Origin: Octopus sinensis
Lineage: Eukaryota
Reading direction: 5' to 3'
DNA length: 64,000 bases
NCBI RefSeq assembly: GCF_006345805.1
Contig: NW_021835988.1
Coordinates: 124,001-188,000, forward strand
Shown here: piece by piece, positions 12,290 through 25,893 of the stretch
Position numbering within the stretch: position 1 is the stretch's first letter
How the letters are laid out: each line of letters begins with the position of its first letter
Made by a program: the position numbers and the translations under genes
Notes under the pieces: generated by a model
Told to the model about the DNA's origin: nothing
Databases searched by the model: none
The model's input: the letters and a program-made list of their open reading frames with translations, nothing else

Positions 12290-14140
12290 AATAAAATTGA
12301 TTTTGTTAATCTCAATTTTCAGGCGGTATTTAATAAACTCGACATCTCCTTTTGCGGTTTTCTAAAGTACCTTTTGATTTGAGCAAATTAACAAGTTTCG
12401 AATTCAATTGATGATTTGGTGTTCCTTTAGGTCTCAAAACAATTTTTCCAGCCTAAGTCTTCAGGAATTTCATGATTGACGATCTTAGGTGATCGTCGAG
12501 GTTGTCAATATCCTCTCTGCTTCTCAAAGGCTGGAGCACGACAGTTCGAAGAGACTCCCGCATAGAAGATTCAAATAAGCTCCAGTCCATATTTACGAGG
12601 TTGTAACCAATGAATAAGTCCTCAGTAACATTCACAGCTATCCGTATTCGCATTGTTTGGGGGATATGGTCAGAGCCAATGTCCGCCTCCAATCTCGGTA
12701 TATAACATAAGGGACTAATTGACGCCGAGCATAGAAAGAGACCAAAACGATCATCCCGGCCTCTGTCAGCATAATGATTCAGTTCTTTCGAAGTAAAGAC
12801 AGAAAAGCCCAGACTACTGGCTAAGTCTTAAAGGCCAGCTCCATCCATGTTTGTTGTTTCACATCCATAGTTCACATTTCAAGATCTCCGACTATGATTG
12901 CCAAGGAATTTTCTTCAAAGAACGACTCAATGACAATTGAATAACGCCTTAGAGACTTTGAGTACATTCCTCCAATGGTCAGCCAATTAGTAGTCGTGTG
13001 CAATTCAAGCACAATAAGTTCACAGAGAGTCACCTCCACAAGTCTGATGTTCTTCATCTTCAGGTCGCTCTGTAATAGACTGAGGTTCATGTTCCCGCCA
13101 CTGAGTTTGTTTTCCATGGTATATTAATTGACATGTGTAGCCTTTAAATTCCATTTACATTCCTTCAGCTAAGTTTCATTAATGACCAAGATGTCAGACT
13201 TCGCTGAAGATAGGAGGAGCCTCAGTTCCGGTGATCGTTAGTACGATCAATCCTTCCGTCGTCGGCGACTAACCTCCCGTGAGAGTGCCGCCACCTTGGC
13301 TAATTGAAAAGTATCATTGGTTGGCTTTTCAGACATTTCGAAGGCTTGCCCCTCTATCAAGTCCAGAGTTTCACTTTGACTTCCTTCTGGTTGTTAAAGG
13401 GCCCGTTTTTACATTGCTTACTTTCTGTGGAACACAGATCGGATCTTTTTGAATGCCAAATTCGACAGTCATTGCAATCCACTGTTTCGTGAGACTCAGC
13501 GTCCGTCTGTACATCAGCATCAGAGAAAAGTCCGTTTCTTAACGATTTCCTTCGGAATTTTTCCCCCCACAAGTTCCTCATTCGAAACTTTTATATTAGG
13601 TGCATTCCTCTTGGGAAATTGATTATTAGAGATATCCTAAGAATTCTTCAAAGAGTTTTCAACTTTAACTTTCCAATTAAAAATTGTGCTCTAGTCGTCA
13701 GATGGTGTCACAGAGGTTCCCAAAGTAATTTCTGATTGTCGCATTACTCCGATTCTTCTCTCCAGTGACTGTTTAGCGACTGGGCAACTTCCCCAATTGG
13801 CTCTGTGCGTCGACAGGCCACAATTAATATAGAAAATACCCCCACATAGAAAGCGGCGCAGAGACTCCTTGCAGAAAGATGCAATATGACCGAAATTTTG
13901 ACAGCGAAAACATCGCACTTAAGGTCGTTTAAACCATTCAACTCTTAGTGGAGTGAAACCAATTTTCAATCCCAGAGTTATCAGAGACTGTGCTTCGACT
14001 TTGTCGGTTACGATGAGTTTCCCGAGAGTTAGAGGCTCCCCATTCTTATAGAATCTTTCCAATACAAAGCCCTTGGAGATTACTCTCGACAAGAGCTTTT
14101 CGAAATCACAGTCGCGAACTCAATATGGAATTTTTCGTAT
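12290..14140 (-). mobile_element. Decayed I/Jockey-like LINE (gag-like ORF1 plus APE endonuclease remnants)
   Basis: CFRCQNFGHIASFC zinc knuckle (13691-13918); APE motifs INETKL, IIVGDL and ADIGSDHIP in broken frames. Confidence 0.75.
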
Positions 14141-15599
14141 TATGAGTTCGGACTTGATAAGAGTAGCCATCTCAATCGAATGGCCACGCATTCCTAAAGG
14201 ATGATTCTAGTCTAAATCGATCTGAAAAGATCAAAAGTCCTCTTTCCTTTTAAATAGTAGCTCATATGAGCTCATATTTCCATTGTTTTTACACAAATTT
14301 GATTTGCTCAATCAAAGGTAGAAAAACCAAGCACTTGTTTATGTATATCTTCTATAAACTAAATTAAAAAGTTTTTTAAGTCAAAATGATATTTTCTTGA
14401 TTTATGGTAAATTTCATTTAATGGAACGCAAGACTTGTGGAGATTGAAAAAATCGCTAAGTGCTAAAGATTTATTTTAGTCTCCCTTGTTTTTAAAATAA
14501 TCCTAAAAATGAGACACTTATAATTTTCTCTTAGTCCTAATTATGAACTATTTCTATTTTAAATGGCAATGCAAATAGGTCAATCAAATAATTTTATTGT
14601 CAGCTAGGTCATCATAATTTGAATTTTTATTGATTTAATTCAAAGAAAAACCAAATTTTAATAAAAACCAGTCCCAAAATTAGTGACAGATATGGATTTT
14701 AACTTCAGGGGTTAAATGGAGGATAGTAGATCTCATCACATGGATAATTCATGAGTTTAAAATCACTGTCATAATAAAAATCGACTTGGTTAATGACATT
14801 CTGATGGTTGGTAACGACCTTCACAGTAACCCCATACGACTTAAGAATTGCTTCTTCAAAACGGATTCGCTAAATCTTAAGGATTGCAATCAAACCGAAT
14901 AAATTTCTTTTTTTGACGGGATAATTCCAGAATCAGAAAGTTTTCTAGAATGTATCACCAACAACCTAACTTATCTAAATTAATTTCCTTGCGCAAATCC
15001 AACGCTTTACTGAAATATTTCAGTTCTCCATCGAGAATTCCTTTAAAATGCCGTCCATGTTTATTCCATTCATGTTCCCTGAGTTTAATTTAACTCAATA
15101 ATCACCAAAACATTTCATTCGGATGACTTTTTAGGTCGCTAGAAAAATATTTCTCTAGTTCTTTTTTTATTGGCTAAAAATTGATTTATTGAAACAGTAC
15201 ATTTAATTTAACAATAGAAAATGGACATGTCCCTTCAGTACTGAGATTTTTAACGGACCAGAGGCCGTGAATAGTCCACGTTGATGATCCCGTTTTTATG
15301 TAATCTTTATTCTTATTGATTATAACATATTAAGTAAACTTCAGCATAACCAGGCTGCCACTGTAAGGCATAGACATATGATACAGAATCCATTCTAGAT
15401 TAAAATTATGACAATTAATTTTTAGCGTCTATTTTTAATAATTTCTATGAACAAAACTAACAAGACCCAATTTATGCAACTAATGTATACGTTTGAATAT
15501 TGCTATTTCGTTTTAGGTTATCCTAATGAATTTTTTAAATAAAATTTATCGTTAATTTTTAATAAAAACTTATTTTTATTCTAGATTTTAAAAAATTGA

Positions 15600-16850
15600 C
15601 TAATTTTAGTCAATCGAGAAATATGAATTCCATGTAACTGCTCCCAGCATTTGTTCACTCAACAACAATATACTTATTAACATCAAGTCCATCGTAAAGT
15701 TGATACTACCGAACATTGGCATTGTTGTCTTGTTTATAAATTAATTTGACGTTGAGACCTTAAAAGCACAGTCGTTCAACATTTAAATTTTCGTCGCATC
15801 TCAATTTTCTGTTTTAAACATTTTTTCGTTTGCAATAATTAAATTTTATAATGCAATATCTTATGCCTCTGATAATTCGGTCAAATCAAAAGCTAAAAGT
15901 TGCTTCATTTCCCCCTCATCGATTTTTCCAGGATTTTTAACACCCATAAATATATAAAATGGGATTTTTTCTCAAAGAAAGAATAGTTTTCAACATTCCT
16001 TTTTAAAAATGATACATTTGGATAAATAAAAATTCTGGTTAATAAAATGAATAGTATTGTTGTAATCATTTACGATGTCTATTTTGTATTCCCAATATTG
16101 TCCAAAACAATTTTGAGAAGAACTTGCCGACAATATTCAGCGTTTTATGTTTTGATTAAATTTAGAAATCGAATTTAAATTATTAATTTTTCGACTTGCG
16201 ATAGTATCAAAGAGCACGAGGCCTCACAAGTATACCATATTTAATACATTGAGCATTTATTAGCAAATTGGAAAATTCTTTTTCAATATTAATGTGTAGA
16301 AGAAGCGATGGCCCGTAATACAAAATTCTTTGGAATAAGTCTGTGATTTCTGCAGACGATTTGATCACTGACAGTTCAAACATTACATATTTTGAAAAAG
16401 AATTTCACAATTACCAAAATTTATTTTAGTAACATCAAATTCATACCCAGCTAAAGCTATCATTTATAGCCGAATATCTTTCAAGCTCAATTAAATCCGC
16501 AATGTATCTGTCTCTGCATCTTTTTGCAATGATTGGCGTAATAAGAAGCTTCGTAGACAATAATTTTTTCGGCTAAGAATATTTACAGAAAGGAGTTATT
16601 ATTTGACAGAAACCACAAAGCGATAGCATCTTAGAAATTTCTTCTCTATTCAATTCATACTAGAGATTTTGTAATTTTGAAAAAAGCAGTCTCTCCCAAA
16701 GTGGTTATAGTTATGTTCCGCCTAACTTTTATTTATTAAGTTACGCCTCAACACACTTAAACTTTAGAGAGTTGAGATCAGTTATTAATTTTCTCAGATC
16801 GAGAAAATTTTCCAGAGAATAGTTGATATTCAAAAGCTGGCATTTTCCTT
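15600..16850 (-). mobile_element. Decayed Ginger-like integrase (rve) transposon; boundaries approximate
   Basis: ITPIIAKRCRDRYIADLIELERYSAIND.. and KSSAEITDLFQRILYYGPSLLLHINIEKEFSN in broken frames. Confidence 0.6.
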
Positions 16851-17739
16851 TATTTACTTCTAGCTTGAAATGGCGGAGGGCAAGGGCAAGATTGAGAGGT
16901 CCCGGAAAATAGACTCAGTGAATTCTCAAAGGAGAGTTTAGAGAGTGTACGGCATCATCGACTGCGAGAGCGAAAATGAGAAGCCCGAGTGGGTCATACT
17001 GCTGAACTCCTGTTTGGGAACAGACGACTTAATTGCCGAAAATGAAACTTAAAACTCTTGCGACTGTTCCATTCTCAAATACCTCTGAGTTGATAAAACA
17101 TGTTGCGTCGATTGTGAGCCAGAACGAACCTATTTTATACAAGTCTTTATACGATGAAACCTAAATGAATTTATGTGATCATTCCGTGCTTTCTGATACT
17201 CAGCTTGAGAGTAAAATAAGATAATTGAAATATCAAAGTGTTCTTTGTGGACTTGCTCGCTTTTCTCTCATTTATTCTGTTTGTGTAAATTTTGAAAAGA
17301 TGCAGTCCAATTCTTTTAAGAACAGAGAATATTGAATTTTAGTTATATTAAGGAATTTTTCATTAGGCGTAGTTTATAACTAAAATTCAATAAAAATAGG
17401 ATCACATGTTTAGATTATCTTGTGTAGAGTTTGCCATCTCCACAGTGTCGATTATTTTGTCACTTCCATAACTGGCATATATTGTACGAATATTAAAACT
17501 ATATTCAAACATTCTATCATTTAATACAGCCGAAAACACAGCACTAATTTAACTTAGTGCCGCTAATATCGGCAAATATTATTGAACATTACTTTTATGT
17601 TCAACATAATGAGACGCTGTTAAATATTATGACTAAAAATTTCTTGAAAATGGTCATACTATTTGGAGTGTTCAATTTTATTGAGGCGGAGTTCAATAAT
17701 CTTACTAGAAATTTTTTCAAGCTCATTTTTGAAAATTTG

Positions 17740-18130
17740 CTTGTACATTAAAAGTTTGAATTCTTTTTAATTTTTCATGTAGTTTGGTGATATGAATCAT
17801 CATATTTTTGCTTCTTTCCCGAATGTAAGGTTTCAGCTAAATCTTGTAGATCTAAAAAGTTTTCAGCTTTAAATTATGATTACAAATGGATTTTAGCAGT
17901 CATCGATGTTTATAGTAGGTTATTAGGTTTTTAAACAATTTATTCAGATTTGCATTTGTCAGACCACATTTTCATAAATCTTCAAAAGAAGTATGCAACA
18001 ATTTAAGATCGCATTTCTACCTACATGGACGTTGCAAAATTTTGCAATCGGATAATAGCTAAGAATTCAAAAATGTGACTCTTAGAAATCTTTGTGAAGA
18101 GTTCAACATAGTTGGGAGTTCACGGCTTAT
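17740..18130 (+). mobile_element. Ginger-like integrase fragment with a 29-nt intron (17754-17782)
   Basis: LK/FGDMNHHIFASFPNVRFQLNLVDLK..YKWILAVIDVYSR, homologous to the copies at 48.6 and 54.3 kb. Confidence 0.7.
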
Positions 18131-20677
18131 CCCTCGATATCTTTCGAAAGGACCATTTGAGTTAAAAAATGTACAGAGAATGTAAAACCACGAAGCTTAT
18201 TGCATAAAAAGTGATGGTATCGAAGCAAATATGGGTGCAATTTTTACCTTCATTGAATTATCGAAAAAAATGAAAACTCACTGTGTTCATGTCATCATTT
18301 AATAAAAACTATATAACGATAATGTGATGTTACACATCTCATGTATACATATGTCCAAAATAACAAATTACAACTTTTCGTCGCAGGCAAAATGATGTGG
18401 AGTCTAAGCACTATAGTCAGGAATATGGCAAAGTGTGCTTTTATATTTATCCCATAACTCTCCATAAATCCACATCGGCGCTGTCAACTGTGTCCAGAGT
18501 GTGGTTATCTTGACGATATTCTCTCCACGGGAGGTAATATGCAGGGATTATTATGGATTCACTTAATGCTGCCTGCACTCAGTCGAATTGGCGGTGTTCC
18601 TCTCAATTTTCTCTTATTGGGGGAAATTAGGGATGTCTGCGCTGATTTACTCTTAGTCTTTTGATAATTAAACCGTCTCTGCTTCACTAGTTGTATCAAT
18701 TAGGACGCGATGACAAACCAATTTCATTAAGTTTTAAATTTTCATGATTTTCCTAGTGTTTTTTCTCCCGCTTACACCACAAATTGCTAATGATCTTTAT
18801 TTATTTTATCAATTTTGTCGAAAATCTCTTATATTGTGGAGCCATTCTTTTCATTGCTTAAGTCAGTAGAAGATTACACTTATTGAATGTCCATAGTACT
18901 CCTCATGTTTGCAATGCGGTTGACCTATGATCGAAATTTGGGTGGAATCGTCCTCCAGGTTTGTCCAAGTGGGAGGGATGTGCAGTGCATGAATAAGTGA
19001 TAAAAAAACAAGTTCTACTCGTAGTAAAACTGCTGTCAAAGGCATTAATAGGGGGAACAGGCATATATGTGAATTCTTCCATCAAGATCGGCGACAGCCA
19101 GATTGTTCTAACGTAGATAGATAAAGCAACATTTCCCTCGTCAAAAGCTATGCGAGTGTTCTTGGCGAATTTGATGCAACGCGTCTTTAAGAACTTCATG
19201 TGTCTACAATTTATAAACTGAATATAGGAATCTTGACTAGAACTGAATATTATGACATCCTGATCAACCAGGCCAGCAGGTTAAATGTAGAATGATTTGC
19301 AGAACATGAAATACTCACGGGAAATTTAAATTTGTCGACGCAGCGTGTGAGCTGAAAATCATAGGAGGAAATCTGTCCGTTCTGTCTTAAAACATAAGTA
19401 TAAACACATACAGTAACACATCAATGGGATGACATGGGAAGAGTCAAATACAATCAACGAGACAGGAGAATCCCCCACTTTCTTGATTTTGGAGGGCCAA
19501 GAACTAATTTATGACAGCAAACGTGGTAAATTTGGTGCGCAAGTCATATAACAGCATATTGCCCGTTGAAGTGCCAACAACGAGAGTTTTAGTCCCAAAT
19601 TCGTCAAAAGCCATGCAAGTGACGAGACAGTGAGCAACATCCAAATTCTACTCGCACTGCCAGACAAACGACAACCTCGTGAAAAAGTTCAGTCTCCAGA
19701 TTCCACATTGAAATGCTTTGTTTATGAGAGATGGCCAGTAAACCACACGACTGACTCCAGGATGAAAGAACATTCATTTCCTCGCCTACAAACAAACAAG
19801 TACAACTCGAGGCAGCCATCCATGACCGGACGCGCTCATAAGTGGGGTTGCCGCGATATACACAAACAATGTGGTTATCTGACTACATTAATGCAATGCA
19901 CTGACGAGATATTGTCAGCAAGTGGGCATTGTCGTGCTCGTTTATAATTTCCAAACAAGAAATGTCTGATTCCGAGGATATTATGTGGTTCAGTGCTCCC
20001 TTCCTGTCCATCACACTACCCCAATGAACAAGTGAGGTATACCTAATTTCAGTCCCATCGTGCACTATGAATAGTTCTGACGTGAATTTGTTGTATTTTA
20101 ACAATATACGACACTCCTTTGTCACGGAAAGCGTCAACGATTTAGTTTTCTTGAAAGAGGAATGATCTGCCCATCAGAAACCTCAGTAATACCGTCAAAA
20201 ATACAATTCTGGAATTTAAAGGACAAGAAAGATCTGATTTGGTGTTCTTTATCTTTATTGCACAAACGACATTGGTTGATTAAGGACGCGGTGTTGAAGC
20301 TGGGGCGGACAAACTCGTCAATAAGTTTATCGAACAAGTCCAATTTTTGAGAGACACGATTGAATTCGGTTTTGACGGACTTAATAAGCATTAAGCGTAC
20401 CTCCGGGTTGGTCATCGAGTTTTCATAGAGGGAGACAATAACGAGTATAATTTCCGTTTCGGGGGTGGTTGTTTGAGGAAAATTAAGTTTCTTCCCAAAT
20501 TCTAGGCATTTCTTCAAAAAGTAAAAAATCAATTCCCGTCGATCTGGATCTTCCGAGGGAGCTAGGAAACAAGGAAGATAGGCGATGAGTATTCCACCCA
20601 CCAAGAATAATGACTCCTACAACTCCTAATGAAGCACATACAAGTTGATTGAGGAAACAAATTTCTTTATAGTAGAC

Positions 20678-23002
20678 CAGGGGTGCGCAAGTGCGGCCGT
20701 GAGTCGATGAATGTGCGGCCGTGGGCACAATTAGGTCATCGAGCAACTAATCTTAAATATAATGCTCATAGTGTTAATTAATCAAGAAAAACCCTAAATA
20801 ATAATTAAAAATATTCATATTAAATAAAATTCTATTTTTATATAATGGTTAACCTTTATTAAAAGTAATTATCATAAACGGCTTAATTTATTCATGTCAT
20901 TACCTGTTAAAAGACGACGTTCTTTGAATGAAGAAAAAAGAAAATTTAATATCAACTGGGAAAGTGAATACTTCGTAGTCGAAACAGACAACAATAGCAT
21001 GCAATGCTTATTGTGCCATGAGATTGTGAAAACTATTAAACGGGACAATGCTAAACAACATTTTCAAAGACATTTAGACCACCCAGTTGTCAAGTTCAAG
21101 TGTTCAAGAGAAGATTCCGTCGAAAATTTGAAATACAAATTAAGACAACAAAAAAAATGTTTAAAAACTTTTTTAAATGTGGCAAATGCAAGAGTTGAAG
21201 CATCCTTTCGAGTTGCTCATATCCTTGGATCTGCTGGAAAACCTTTTTCAGACGGCGAACTTGTGAAAAGATGTATCATGGAATCAGTTAAATGCATTGA
21301 TCCCGACAAGGAGCATAACTTTGAAGCAATTCCACTTTCACGTGACACAATTCAGCGCCGACAGTTTCATATTGCCGAGCATCTTAATCTATCACTCCTA
21401 CAAAAATTAAATTCTCAAACTACGTTATTTTCACTTGCCATTGATGAGTCGAATGATATATGTGATTCTGCTCAGCTGATCATATTTATTCGTACTCTAT
21501 CCTTCGATTTTGAAATACATGAGGATTTTCTATCCATGAAGTCACTACCTGGAAATGTACGGGGTCAAGATATATTTGAAATAGTTAAACAATGTTGTTT
21601 GGAATTCAAATTGGACATGACATGTCTAAGAGGAATATGTACAGATGGCGCACCAGCAATGTTGGGTAAAAAACAAGGATTTGTTGCTCGCCTAACTGAA
21701 TATGTCTCAGAAGAGTATAACAATAAATCAGTTATTGGTGTACATTGTATTATTCACCAACAAGCACTTTGTTCACAAATGAAAAAATTTGAAGATACAC
21801 TTAATGAAGTAAAACAAATTATTATATATATCCGAAACAATGCATTGAGACATAGACAGTTTCGTACAATTCTTTCCGGTAGTGAAATATCTGCTGAAGA
21901 CATTTTATACCATGCACAAGTTCGATGGCTATCACAAGGTGAAACAGCATGTCGTGTGCTTGATTTACGAAAAGAAATATCAAACTTTTACTCATCAAAG
22001 CAAAAAGAGTGTCCTTTGGATAAAAAAATTTCTTAATTGACTTAGCATTTCTGGTTGATGTACTCACATATATCAATAATTTGAATATATCTTTGCAAGG
22101 TAAAGACCAAACAATTTGTCGAATGTATAAAAAAATTAACGATTTTATGGATACATGCCGCCTACTGAAGATTCACATAGAAAAAAATGAATTATTTCAT
22201 TTTCAAAAAGTCAAAAATCTCATTGATGACAAAATAATTAATTATGACGATCTTACACCAAATACATTTAATACTATATTCGATTATATTTTGAAACAAT
22301 TTGAAGAGCGATTTAACGAATTTAAAAAAATTGAACTCAAACTTCAATTAACTGCAGCACCACATACTGTTTCGATTGAGAATGCGCCATTGGAATTTCA
22401 AATTGAATTATTGAAATTAAAAAATGATTTAATTTTGATAAATAAATTTAATGAAAGCGAAGATTTGTTAAATATATGGAAATCAGCGACAGATTATCCA
22501 AATTTACGAGAAATGGCAAGAAATATTCTCGTTTTATTTGGAAGCACATATTTATGTGAGTCTACATTTTCCAAAATGAAATATTTAAAAAGTCAATATA
22601 GATCTCGGATAACGGATGCAAACTTAGAGTCATGTTTGCGCATAATGATATCTACCCTACCAGTGGATTTCAATAAGCTCGCAAAAAATACCAAAGATCC
22701 TGGCCGTCATTAGAATAACTTGTATAATACATTTCTTTTAATTAACTTTCCTTCTTTCTTATCTTTTGTCCATGAAATAATTATTTATTTTAATAATATG
22801 ATGTCCCTGATAAACGAGAGCATTTCCTGTCCAAGAACTCATTCGGTCTCGATGACAATGGGCAACTTATGCGGTCACTTTTAATAATTAAAAAAATTAC
22901 TATATTAATATCGAAAAAATAATGCAGAAAATGTGCGGCCGTGAAAGAGAAGGAAAAATAAATGCTATGCGGCCGCAAACCCAAAAAGCTTGCGCACCCC
23001 TG
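20678..23002 (+). mobile_element. Full-length hAT transposon (SPIN/Charlie, GTF2IRD2/EPM2AIP1-like)
   Basis: Perfect 14-bp TIRs CAGGGGTGCGCAAG / CTTGCGCACCCCTG; 8-bp TSD TAGTAGAC at 20670-20677 and 23003-23010; subterminal TGCGGCCG repeats. Confidence 0.97.
20894..22713 (+). CDS. hAT transposase, about 606 aa, with a single 1-nt frameshift in an A7 run at ~22022-22028
   Basis: BED finger CLLC..HFQRH; FSLAIDES, CTDGAPAMLG, HCIIHQQAL, VRWLS, FGSTYLCESTFS. Adding one A joins the 380-aa and 210-aa ORFs through ..DKKNFLIDLAFLVD.. Confidence 0.9.
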
Positions 23003-25249
23003 TAGTAGACAGTCCGAGCAGTATCGACTGCCTTGTTGAGAGATTGGAGTGTGTTTAGACACATGTCCGCCCGCAAGTCGCAGTCAACCAGAATTGATCG
23101 AATGGAGTACATCGCCACTGACCTGATCTTGTCGTAATTCACCACAGAAAACAGGAATCCTTCACGAGCTGACAAAGTTGGTAGATCGCATCCAATTTGA
23201 GGGCGACTGATTGACGGTATTTGTTTTTCTGGCATATCTAAAGTGAGTTTGACAGTAAACACTTTGGCGAGCAAGAAGAGGTAGACCAACACATATTGGC
23301 GATCGGCGGATCGTAAATAGTCGAGGCACAGGTCGATTACATCCCTGGCATTAATGAAATACTACAGTCACGAGGAGGGGCTAACCTGGTTGGAGGGCAT
23401 GGCACTTGCCAAAATAGCCAGGAAATAGGCCGAATATGCCCTGATTTTCGGGGAGGAGGCACAACGCAAATTGTAAATAAAAAGCTTGTAGAAATCGTCA
23501 TTCATGCAGGCCTGCCGCGTTTTCTAAAGGAAATAATAAGTGAGAGAGTGCATTATCCGCTCTGATCAGTTTTCCCCAAATATAAAATAGTTTTCTCTGC
23601 AGCTCATTCTCTGCCACCGGCAATAAGTGGATGAGATAACTGGAAAACCCCACGGCCACCACCTCACAAGTAGGGAAAATAACAACCTTATGAACTTGCT
23701 CCTCGCCCATTGTCTCGACGTAGTCTGCAAGAGCACAGATAGCCCGAGTGCGGTTGGTTTGAACCAAAATGGCCCGCAATGTCAGAAATGTGCAAACCTG
23801 GAGCATTGCCGGCAACAGTTGTCCGTTGTTTCGGTGAAGTTGAGTGTAAGCCTGGAACGACGTGATCACTTTATCAAAAAAATCATTCCCAATGGTTATC
23901 CCTTCGGAACTTTCTCCCTCTTTCAGGAAAGAGAGTGCTTCGTCGAGGACAGAGTGCCAGAGATTCCACAGGTTGTGAGTTTTGGTGTAGGGGAGTGAGG
24001 GGACTGAGACAGGGTGGGCATCCAGACAGCCCAGAATGTGAGTGGCCAGCATATAATTCCTGAATAGACAGGAGGAGAGAATATCCCCTCTGAACAATTT
24101 GGTGAACTGGGCTGAATTGAATCCCCACGGCAACCTGGAGGAAGAAGGTCGAATGCAATGCAGTCTTGAATGGCCGTGAGAATCCACTGCAGTTGTCCGT
24201 GCAGAGTCTTCCGGTCTTTCGGGCTGCCGGCCAGTCTATGTGAGTGAAGTGAATGCAATACTCGACTGGCAGGAACTCCCCGTGGGACGGGTGCCTGCTC
24301 CACATTTGACTAATAATGGGAAGCGAGGTCGTACAAATTGAGGGACAGCAGCACTGGCGATAAAAGACAGCACGTGAACAAGTCGGCGGGGAGTCCCTCA
24401 GCGCGAGGAAGTGACTCGCCGTGTGAGCAAGCAGCAAAATGAATAAACTCCTTATCGGGGAATGAGTTCTGAATGGGCCAGGAGGACTAACCTGGAAACG
24501 ACTGACGATGGTGGCTGCAGATGACGTGTCGAATATGAAAATGGACGGGGCCTTGAGGTGTTCCACCATCAGCTCGTTGTCCACCTCGACCATCCGCCCC
24601 CTGTCGACGACCCACATCTTGTCAGAGGGAGGCAGATTAACTCCACAGTAGTGGAAGACTGCCCAGTTGTCCTAATGCGTCTGCATTGCCCCAATCACCC
24701 CAATGTGCTTCCTCGACTCTGCGCATTTGTTGAGGAGTGACGGCAGGTCAGGATTAGTCAGGGCCTCGAATACTGTCCCTCTGTTGTCGAGAGTCCGGTA
24801 GAGTCCTTTCAGTCTCTTGGCAATATCTCTGAAGGTGTAGAACGGGAATCTCACACGGACATCTGCAGTGTGGTGGGCAGATTAACCAATCCAAGTGAAG
24901 AGGGAGCAGATATCTATGACTAGTTCGTTCAGCTCGTCCTCCCTGTCAATGTCGTGATTGAGCACTGCGATGACGCTCAGAGTTCTTCTCTGTCGATAAT
25001 ATTACATTCCCACCTGCTCAGAGTGGCCACTCTCACGAATTACAGTCTCCTTGCATAGTTCTACTATGTAATTCACGTATGACTCCACAATGTTCATTTA
25101 TTTATAACATTCTAATTATTTATTATTTAAGACAGTAGAAAAGTCTCAAGAAATAAGTGCCGTCAGATGCAGGCAACTCAAAGACAGTTTGGGCGAATTG
25201 AGATCACTTACAGAGAAAGATGAATAAACTAATATTGTTTCTTCGAGTG

Positions 25250-25870
25250 CTGCACATGCGGGTGTTGCACATGCGGGGATATAAACAAAGTGCCATAAGA
25301 CAAGTCTCCATTCCTCACCAGACGGAGATAACTAAACTCAAACCAAATGGGCATTACACTGGTGGATCTGACATGGTAGGTTCGTAACTTTCAGGACCGC
25401 GTCAAGTTATAATAATTGCAGAGCAGAAGATGGAGAGACCTCAACATCTGGTTATGCCTTCATGTGTAATCATGGTAAAGCATACTCCCGCACTCCGTGA
25501 CTCTCGTCTTTTACCGTGATTACACTGTTTCCGTTGACTATTAAAAAATTCCTATCCCGCCAATATGAGAATAATTCTTCTGGTTGGGAGAGTTATTCTG
25601 CCACGTTGACGACGATAATAGTCACTGTGTGGGTTTTCCAGGCAGCAAAAGAGAGTCTTGTGAAGACTTTAAAGTATTTATTAGGGATTCCCTCTGAAGT
25701 TTGATTAATTCCTTCACATTAATTTGAATGGCACTTGGACCATACTTGCCGACACGTAGCTTTTGTGGTCCCAAGGTGTGCACCACGCGCTTTTTTAACA
25801 GCAAAGAGGGCAGCCTTCCTTTGGGATACACTCGACTCACTCCACAAAGTGTCGTCCATCTTGGTAAGAA
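25250..25870 (-). mobile_element. Decayed R4/Dong-like REL retrotransposon fragment
   Basis: Its reverse complement shares long matches with 60420-60640 (CACAAGACTCTCTTT, TTTTTTAATAGTCAACGGAAACA, GGGAGTATGCTT.ACCATGATTACA); reads HKTLF..ENPH, DRNF. Confidence 0.65.
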
Positions 25871-25893
25871 TTCTTTTACTTAAGTAGACAATG

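Larger units (their letters stand above)
18863..25097 (-). pseudogene. RPTOR: Raptor (mTORC1 subunit) homologue, interrupted by a hAT and frameshifts
   Basis: RNC-domain motifs RTLSVIAVL, LPADLFTCCLLSP, DRKTLHGQLQWILTAIQDCIAFDLLP, KLFRGDILSSCLFRNYMLA, LWNLWHSVLD, FFDKVITSFQ, LPAMLQ, LFYIWGKLIRAD; then a HEAT region and C-terminal WD40s (WSQSCGLLAIS..SMWNLETE). 23-24-nt introns at 23663-23686, 24112-24134, 24618-24641, 24863-24886. Confidence 0.88.
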
